DNA of 64,000 bases from Candidatus Spongiisociaceae bacterium (GTDB lineage: Bacteria > Actinomycetota > Acidimicrobiia > Spongiisociales > Spongiisociaceae), in the NCBI GenBank assembly GCA_965219685.1, contig CBDCOH010000002.1:3328001-3392000 (forward strand), read 5' to 3'. A model generated the notes under the pieces. That model ran no database searches, was not told the DNA's origin, and saw nothing but the letters and a program-made list of their open reading frames with translations. The position numbers and the translations under genes are program-made. Positions 56,827-64,000 of the stretch are shown in pieces (positions within the stretch are counted from its first letter, which is position 1; each line of letters begins with the position of its first letter).

Positions 56827-57798
56827 CTACGCTCGGCGTCCGGTGTAGGGGATGTCGTCGAGGATCCGGAACAGGACCTTCTTGTCGTCGTCGCCCAGAG
56901 CGCTGAAGGGTGGCCGCACGGACCCGCCCTTCAGGCCCACGTAGTCAAGGGTGCCCTTGATGACCGATGCCCCGAAGTAGTACGGGTACTCCTCGCCGGT
57001 CGTGAACTCCTCCCCCATGAAGAAGTGCATATAGGGCGCCAGCCTGGCGTGCATGCGGTCCGCCTCGCCGTAGGCGCCCTTCTCCAGCAGGTCCCAGTAC
57101 TCGAGCTCGAACTCGGGCCACCAACTGGCCGGACCCGAGATGAAGCTGGCGCTGCCGTGGATGTGACCGACCGACGAGGTGAAGCCCAGGGAGTTGTCGA
57201 TGAAATTGAACCGGTCCTTGAACATCGGGATGGTGCTGATCATCGGTACGTATATGCCCGGTCCCCCGTACTTGAGGGACAGGACGTTGGGGATGTCGGT
57301 CACGCGCTGAAGCAACGTGGCGGTGAGGCTGGTGGCGAGGTGCCCGCGCCACGGCTGGTCGTACAGCATGATGGCCATGTCCGGAACGGATTCCGCCACC
57401 ATACGTATGAAGGTGTCGAAACTGTCCTCGTCGAGGCGGTAGTAGAACGGCGGGGTGAGCATCACATGGCCGGCCCCGGCGTCGCGGGCGTTGCGGGTCA
57501 TCTTGATGGCTTCGAACACGCTGCAGGAACCCACCCCGGCCACGATCGGGAGCTTCCCGTCGGCGCCCCTGACGGACGCCTCGACTATCTGGCTGTGCTC
57601 CTCCTCGTTCAGATGTACCAGTTCACCCGTTCCCGACGGGGAGATGACGAAGCCGCGTCCGGTGACAAGGCCGCCTTCGACCATCCAGCGGATGTTGTCC
57701 TCCAGGGCGCCTAGATCCGGGCTGAAGTCATCGTTCCAGGGAATCATTGCCAGCGAGGCAGGCCCGCATATCTCCGCTTTCCGTGCGTCCCAGTCCAT
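56827..57798 (-). CDS. Dihydrodipicolinate synthase family (class I aldolase/lyase) protein
   Basis: GTGE..L...E, GVG, TPPFY, MLY, LKY Schiff-base lysine, VRPP. Confidence 0.85.
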   Translation of the reverse strand: MDWDARKAEICGPASLAMIPWNDDFSPDLGALEDNIRWMVEGGLVTGRGFVISPSGTGELVHLNEEEHSQIVEASVRGADGKLPIVAGVGSCSVFEAIKMTRNARDAGAGHVMLTPPFYYRLDEDSFDTFIRMVAESVPDMAIMLYDQPWRGHLATSLTATLLQRVTDIPNVLSLKYGGPGIYVPMISTIPMFKDRFNFIDNSLGFTSSVGHIHGSASFISGPASWWPEFELEYWDLLEKGAYGEADRMHARLAPYMHFFMGEEFTTGEEYPYYFGASVIKGTLDYVGLKGGSVRPPFSALGDDDKKVLFRILDDIPYTGRRA

Positions 57799-57988
57799 TT
57801 TCGCCCTCCACTCGAACCGGCACCGAACCTGCGCCGGTCTGTCTATCGACACCGAAACTATCGTCGTTCGTCGCTCCGTTGTCAACGGCCTGCAAGCCGG
57901 CCGCCCCAACCCTGCCGTTCATCGCCCTTCCGCCGAACCTGTGCTCGTCATTAGAGTCGAACGCGCGCCGGGAAGGAGGTTCGTAGCC

Positions 57989-58720
57989 GTGACAGCCGGC
58001 CTCGGGCGGATCGGCTTGATCGTCCCTTGTGATCTGACACTCGATGCGGAGTATCCGCGCTACCTCCCGGAGGGAGCGACCGTTCACGTGACACGTACCG
58101 GTTTTCACGCCGGCGATCTCGATCTCGACTTCATCTTGGGCGTGTCCTCACCGTCCGAGATCGCCTACGCCACCCGCAGCCTCACCAAGATCGCTCCGGG
58201 CGTCATCAGCTTTGCATGCACGTCCGGGAGCTTCGTTCTCGGCCTCGGCGGCGAGTCCGGTATCCGGGCCCTGATGGAGGATGCGGGGGCTGCAGTCGCC
58301 CAGACGACCAGCGGGGCGCTCCTCGATGCACTCGCCGCGCTGGGGGTCGAGCGGATCGGGCTCGGCACGCCCTACACGGAGTCGGTCGGCGCCAGACTCG
58401 GGTTTTTCCTGACCGAAGCCGGGTACCACGTCACGGATGTGGTCAACATGGAACTCCACGACGTGATCGGCCCGGTGGCGGACGACATGGTGACCGACCT
58501 GGCGCGCCGCGCGGCTGGCGGCCGCCCGGACGCCGTCTTCCTCGCCTGCACGGGTGTCCCGACGCTCGACTTGATCATCCCTCTCGAGGCCGACCTGGAG
58601 ATGCCCGTGCTTACCGCCAACCAGGTCACGATGTGGGCGGCCCTGGGATCGATCGGCATGCGCTCGCCGCTGGCCTCCCAACGCCTTCTCCGCACCGGGT
58701 GGAGGAGCCACCGGGCCTGA
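57989..58720 (+). CDS. Asp/Glu racemase / maleate isomerase (EutA/AMDase-like) family protein
   Basis: IGLIVP, FACTSGSF, TPY, FLACTG, PVLTANQ; GGAAGGAGG RBS before GTG. Confidence 0.88.
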   Translation: MTAGLGRIGLIVPCDLTLDAEYPRYLPEGATVHVTRTGFHAGDLDLDFILGVSSPSEIAYATRSLTKIAPGVISFACTSGSFVLGLGGESGIRALMEDAGAAVAQTTSGALLDALAALGVERIGLGTPYTESVGARLGFFLTEAGYHVTDVVNMELHDVIGPVADDMVTDLARRAAGGRPDAVFLACTGVPTLDLIIPLEADLEMPVLTANQVTMWAALGSIGMRSPLASQRLLRTGWRSHRA

Positions 58721-58757
58721 GCGGACCACTCCACCGGTCACCTCACCACGGTCGACC

Positions 58758-59899
58758 TTATCGGACCCGACTGAGGCCGACCGGTGCGGTCGACAGCACC
58801 TCGGGAGCACCATCGGTGATAGCGAGCACCTGCTCTGCGCAGTAGATCCCGGTGTCGTCCACGACGGCCGGTTCGATAGTGACCACCATGCCCGGCTGCA
58901 ATACCGTCTCGTCGAACTCGGCGATGCTGGGGGGTTCGGTCGCGTCGAGGCCGATGCCGTGACCGAGCCGCCCGAACCCGAGCGAGTCAAGCCCGAGAGA
59001 GTCCGACCTGTCCCGCACGGCCGCCGCGACCTCTCCGACCGCCGCACCGGCGCGGGCCACCTCGATCCCGGCGTTCGTGGCCTCAACCACGGCCTCCTGG
59101 AGTTCCGTCTGCCGGGAGTCGGGGCCTCCGACCACCGCTGCCCGGCAGAAGTCGGACCAGTACCCGTCCACCCGCACACCAACGTCGGACCAGACGAGGT
59201 CCCCCTCCCGGATGACACGGTCGCGCGGAGCGCTGACGAACCGGTCGTACGACCCGGACCCTGACGTTATGGCGATCCAACCCAGGGTGTCAGCCCCCGC
59301 ACCGATGGCAGCCCTCGCTATCCGTCGCGCCAGTTCACGCTCGGTGACTCCGGTGAGGGTCCCTGCCAGTACCTGCGCAAACGCTGCACTCGTGGCCTGG
59401 GCCGCAGCCCGTAGGCAGGCTATCTCGTAGGGGGACTTGACGGTCCGCAGCACCAGAGCAAGTCCTGGCCGTCGACCAACCGGAGGCGGTCGACCTGGCG
59501 GGCGATGGCACCGAAGTCGGCGGGAGTTACTCCCGCCCTCGCCTCCCTACCCAACTCCAAGCCGATGGGGCCGGGCGGAAGGGCACCGATCGCATCGACC
59601 ACATGCGGCACCACGCTCTCGGGCGGTACGTCGTAGCGATGGACCACCGAGTCGGGCCATGCCTCCCCGGCCTCATCGGCGACGAAGGCGGGGAGGCAAA
59701 GGTGGAGGGGGCCGTCCTCCGGAACCACCGCGATCGTCGACCTGGTGGCCGATGACCACATCGGGTCGAACCGTAGACCGGTGAAGTAGACGAAGTTGGC
59801 CTGTGTCGAGACGACCAGCCCAACCAGGCCGGCATCGGCCATCGCAGATCGGGCTCGCACGACGCGGTCGCGGAACTCGTCGGGGGGTGGTTGCGGCAT
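58758..59899 (-). pseudogene. Xaa-Pro peptidase (M24B) family gene with a frameshift near 59453; possibly a sequencing error
   Basis: N-domain in ORF 59420-60055 (MPQPPPDEFRDRV...NFVYFTG). Catalytic domain in 58758-59453 (RTVKSPYEI, DVG, SDFCR, GHGIG, TIEP, AEQ). Confidence 0.85.
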
Positions 59900-60231
59900 C
59901 AGGCGACAGATGGGGGCACGGCGGCGACTCCCCGCTGGCGGCAGGCCACCAAGAGCCTCCGGTTGATGGAATTGCGCAGGCTCCCATCGACAACCGCCAT
60001 GGCGATGTCTCGAAGGAGCGCCCTCTCGTGGGTCATGCGTTCCTTTTGATCCCAAGTCCGTTCATCCGGAGATCGGACGCGCCGGATTATCGCGTGCGAC
60101 GCGTCGAACGTCGACCGGCCCGGGGCCGCCCAACCCCCGAATCGTATACTCCTACACGAGCCGGAGGCCGGGCAAGGCGAGGGCCATGAGCGACGGTTTG
60201 CCGGAAGCAACCGGAAGGGGAGGAGCGGAAG

Positions 60232-61059
60232 ATGAACCCGACATGGCTAGGCGACAGGGCCGTCGCCGCATTCTTCTCCTTCGACCTCGACGGCGAGGCG
60301 TGGCTGCTCGCGGTTGACCGACGGAACGCCGACCTCCCGATCACCATGTCGCAGGCTGCATACGGACCCAAGGTCGGCGTCTACCGCATCCTCGATGTGC
60401 TGGCCGAATTCGAAGTCAGGTCCACCTTCTTCGTACCCTCGTGGGTGGCCGAGCGCCACCCGGCCGCGGTTGAAGCGATCCTCGCCGGGGGTCACGAACT
60501 CGGCTTGCACGGCCACATGCACGAGCGCCCGGATCTCCTGTCTGAACAAGAGGAGGTCGAGGTAGTGGAGCGGAGCATCCGGATCCTGAGCGAGATGTCG
60601 GGCCGGCCACCCATTGGCCACCGGGCGCCTGTCGCGGAGATCAGCCCGGCGACGAACCGGATCCTCGCCGAGCGGGGCGTCCAATACACGTCCACCTTCA
60701 TGGACTCGGTCGTTCCGTACTTCCATGATCTCGAGAATCTGTCACTTCTCGAATTGCCGATGCACTGGGTAGCCGACGACTGGGGATTCGCGATGGTCTC
60801 GCCCAATGCGTACCCCGCGCCGCACGTCAATCCGGTTATGACCAATGACCACGTCGTGTCGCTGTGGTCCGCCGAACTCGAAGGGATCCGGGAGGTGGGC
60901 GGGCTGTTCACCCTCGTCAACCATCCACAGGTCACGGGCCGTCCGTACCGGATCGACACGCTGCGCCGCATCATCATGCACGCCCGGGAGATAGACGCAT
61001 GGATAGCAAACGGGGAGGACATCAACGCTCATTGGAGATCCCTGTCAACTCCGGCGTGA
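60232..61059 (+). CDS. Polysaccharide deacetylase family protein (PgdA/PuuE-like)
   Basis: SFDLDGE, YGPKVG..RIL, TFFVP, HELGLHGHMHE, RAP, DDW, HPQVTGRP. Confidence 0.9.
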   Translation: MNPTWLGDRAVAAFFSFDLDGEAWLLAVDRRNADLPITMSQAAYGPKVGVYRILDVLAEFEVRSTFFVPSWVAERHPAAVEAILAGGHELGLHGHMHERPDLLSEQEEVEVVERSIRILSEMSGRPPIGHRAPVAEISPATNRILAERGVQYTSTFMDSVVPYFHDLENLSLLELPMHWVADDWGFAMVSPNAYPAPHVNPVMTNDHVVSLWSAELEGIREVGGLFTLVNHPQVTGRPYRIDTLRRIIMHAREIDAWIANGEDINAHWRSLSTPA

Positions 61060-61715
61060 GGAGTAGCAGGATCTCGTGATCCTCAGCGTCACCGCGTCGG
61101 GCGCCGGTATCGGGTTCGGTGACATCAACGATCCGCCCGGGATCGTAGGTGAGGGCCTTGCCGCCGTCCAGGGTCGCCCCGCCGCATAAGAGACCCGGTC
61201 ACCGTCGGAAGACCCCCATGGATAGAGCTGCTCTCTAGTCGGCAAACGCCGCTCTCGCAGCCGCCCCGACCTCATCCTCACCGATGCCCTGTAGTATTCT
61301 TCAGGCCTATAGGGTGGCGAATGTACATGACCTCAAGAGTCTTGCGGCGCGGCCGGGATCCGGCCTACGAAGCCGCGCCTACTCCCCGCGGCGGCCGTCT
61401 AAGTTGTAGCCAAGTCAGCAGCGATCGTGTCGAACCCTCCACGGCAACTCAAGACCCGGTGACGATCGGTCACGGCACGAAGGCAGGCGTCAGCAGCCTC
61501 CGGCTCGACTCTCTCACCGCCGCCAACCTGTCGTCCCCGAACTCACCGGCCTCGGCCGCTTCGAGCGTTCCGGTCCGCGAGGCCTGCGTTCTCGCCGCTC
61601 CCCACCCCCGCAGCCCGAGACCCCAGCGGCCCCTGTGTCACTGGGCTTCTCGCCTTGACGAGAAGGCGCTATCGGTTCATCAGGCTCCTGATTCCAGCCG
61701 TGATCGCACTGTACG

Positions 61716-62627
61716 TTGTCATGCTCCCACTCTGGCGAGGCGGCACGCACGAACACTCTGTCATGTCTGGCCGTCTTGTGGCTGATCCAGAGCCTTTTGC
61801 TTCTTCCCTATTCGCTGTCGGGCTTGTGGAAGATATGGGACGGTCGTCTTGAATTACTGTCGTCAGACAGTATGGTCAGAATACTATTGAATCGCGCTAT
61901 AGACGATGCTAGCAATATAGCGCCGCTCCTACCGCTAATCGCTCGGCATGACCTGCTCGCTCAGTCCATACTCCTGGTTACAGCCTATATAGAAGTGTTC
62001 GCACTCTTAGTGGTCTTCAGACCACATTTGCATAGAGTCTTTGGAGTCATACTGATCATCTTCCATGTCGGAAGTGATTGGCAAATGAACATCTCCTTCT
62101 TCAGCAATATTCTCATGATCGGCCTCTTCCTAGTGCTGTCTCCGACGGCTCCAACCCGGTTTTCTCTATCTGGCTTGGTACAATCCTTACCCGTGTACGG
62201 TATCCCTTTTCGTGCCTGGGCCCGCCTTCGATCGTCGCGCGACCGCGGTCCCGTGGCCCGGGCTTGGCTCGTCTACGATGGCGAGTGCCCGCTCTGCAGG
62301 AATTACACGCAATACCTCCGGGTGAAGGAGACGGTTGGAGAACTGACACTCGTCGATGCCCGTAAGGGCGGTCCCCTCGTAGATGAGGTTCGTGAATTAC
62401 CTCATGATCTCAACGATGGGATGGTTCTGAAGATGCACGGGCGTTACTACATCGGGCATGAGGCGCTGAATGTCCTTGCGTTGGTCTCGGAGAGACGTGG
62501 TGGCTTCAGTAGGGTGAATCGACTCGTATTCAGTTCGCCTCTGGCCGCACGGCTCGGCTATCCCCTGCTGCAGGCAGGACGCTGCCTGCTGCTGAGGGTC
62601 AAGGGCGTCCCACCCATACCGGAGTGA
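61716..62627 (+). CDS. HTTM-like membrane region fused to a DCC1/DUF393 thiol-disulfide oxidoreductase domain; N-terminus probably truncated
   Basis: Y..SG..K, E, FH TM pattern, then LVYDGECPLC; lower GC; no convincing start. Confidence 0.7.
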   Translation: MSCSHSGEAARTNTLSCLAVLWLIQSLLLLPYSLSGLWKIWDGRLELLSSDSMVRILLNRAIDDASNIAPLLPLIARHDLLAQSILLVTAYIEVFALLVVFRPHLHRVFGVILIIFHVGSDWQMNISFFSNILMIGLFLVLSPTAPTRFSLSGLVQSLPVYGIPFRAWARLRSSRDRGPVARAWLVYDGECPLCRNYTQYLRVKETVGELTLVDARKGGPLVDEVRELPHDLNDGMVLKMHGRYYIGHEALNVLALVSERRGGFSRVNRLVFSSPLAARLGYPLLQAGRCLLLRVKGVPPIPE

Positions 62628-62882
62628 GAGAGGATCCTGCCGGCGTAGTTCGTTCGTGAAAGTAACGACAGCGAGTCTTGTATCCGGAGGCGCCTACGTC
62701 CCTGTGCCCCCTCGGGTCAATCCCCGTTAGTCTGTCGTCTAGGCCTCTCTGTCGATGGAGTGACTACCGTACCGGAGGTTAAGCGGCTGCGATTGCGCGG
62801 TTGCCCCAGCGCTCAGGATCGCTCCGACAGCGAATGCCTCCCGCTGTTACAGTCGGACGCGTGCCTACGAGGAGGTGAGGGC

Positions 62883-64000
62883 GTGGGAGACAGCAGGCGC
62901 TACAAGGCCTTCGAGCCCCCCGCCCACGTAGACGCCATCCGCGGAGACCTGCTCCGCCTCACCTTCCCGCTGGAGGAGTACAGGACTCGCTACCGCAGGG
63001 TCCAGCGGATGATCGGCGACGCGGGCCTCGATTACCTGTTCAGCACCTACCTGCCGCCCGTCTGCTGGATAACGGGATACGAGACCCTCGCCTCCGGGGC
63101 ACCTGTCGCGCTGGTGATCCCGGCCGAGGGTGAGCCGACCCTGATGATCGACGACTTCGAGGCTTTCAACACCCTGACGTCGGCTTGGGTGGAGGATGTG
63201 GTCACCTTCCCCTGGGCGGAGAACACCACCGGCGCCTTGATCGACCTGGCCAAGGATCGTGGGTGGGCCGGCAAGCGACTCGGTTGGGATTACAACCGGA
63301 TGGCGGTTGACGTCTTCCAGGCGGTTTCGGACGCGGTCGACGCGGAGTGGGTGCCCACGCGCAACATGCTTGAGGAGGCTCGCTCCCAGAAGAGCCCCGC
63401 CGAGATCGAGCAGATCCGCCGCGCCGGCCGCCTGACGGTGCTCGGCATGGCGGCGGCCCGCGAGTCCATCCGCCCGGGCGTCATCGATACCGACATCGCC
63501 AACGCCGCCTACGACGCCATCATCGGGGGCGGCAGCGAGCGGATGGGGCTCCAGCCGATCGTGACGGTGGGCAAGCGCTCCGGGATTCCTCACACCACCT
63601 TCCGCCGTATACCGATCGAGCCGGGCGAGTCGATCCTCATGGAGTTCGGGGCCTGCATCAACCGCTACACGGCGCCGATGATCCGGGCCGGATTCCTGGG
63701 CCAGCCCAACAACCCCCTGTGGGTCGAGATGTGGGAGGGGTGCAAGGACGCGGTCGAGAACACCATCCGGCTGATGCGACCCGGCGCCGAGGTCACGCCA
63801 CTGGCCGAGGAAGCCTCCGTACGCCTGTTCTCACTCCCGGAAGGGGTGTACGTGGACGGCAACCGCGGTTACTCGATGGGGCTCAGTTTCCCGGCCGGGT
63901 GGGGAGACTGCCCCGGCCTCCAGATCGCCACCGAGCAATTCTTGCCCTCCGCCAGGCCCGCCAGCTACGCCACCCTGAAGGTCGGCCACACGTTCCACGT
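62883..64000 (+). CDS. M24-fold hydrolase, DoeA/EutD/creatinase-like; runs off the window
   Basis: Not in the ORF track. GAGGAGG RBS then GTG 62883: FPLEEYRTR, WITGYET, KSPAEI, PHTT, EFGAC..RY.APM.R, GYSMG. Confidence 0.88.
   Translation, partial: MGDSRRYKAFEPPAHVDAIRGDLLRLTFPLEEYRTRYRRVQRMIGDAGLDYLFSTYLPPVCWITGYETLASGAPVALVIPAEGEPTLMIDDFEAFNTLTSAWVEDVVTFPWAENTTGALIDLAKDRGWAGKRLGWDYNRMAVDVFQAVSDAVDAEWVPTRNMLEEARSQKSPAEIEQIRRAGRLTVLGMAAARESIRPGVIDTDIANAAYDAIIGGGSERMGLQPIVTVGKRSGIPHTTFRRIPIEPGESILMEFGACINRYTAPMIRAGFLGQPNNPLWVEMWEGCKDAVENTIRLMRPGAEVTPLAEEASVRLFSLPEGVYVDGNRGYSMGLSFPAGWGDCPGLQIATEQFLPSARPASYATLKVGHTFH

Overview
High-GC actinobacterial window, most consistent with Acidimicrobiia (Tat-exported lipoprotein binding proteins with Pro/Thr/Ala linkers, and a fhaA-fhaB-pstP-rodA-pbpA-pknB-trpG-crgA-tRNA-Ala block). 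The core block (29.7-40.4 kb) is flanked by many catabolic and transport modules: 5-oxoprolinase, a phosphotriesterase-like hydrolase, sugar, peptide and ECF transporters, enolase-superfamily enzymes, SDRs, a ThDP enzyme, an Mct-like CoA transferase and M24 hydrolases. Accessory genes include a frameshifted dGTPase, an AAA14-DUF4143 ATPase, Fic and VapBC. Four observations stand out. (1) RodA and PbpA both keep open frames but have lost their catalytic residues. (2) About 13 intergenic 7-bp tandem arrays follow one polarity rule, often supply a stop codon, and border two families of dispersed non-coding repeats. (3) An ECF transporter and uridine phosphorylase share an operon with an enzyme resembling fungal uracil-5-carboxylate decarboxylase. 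(4) A repeat-spacer-repeat unit lies upstream of fic. All family calls are by eye from motifs, with no database searches, and many start codons are best guesses.
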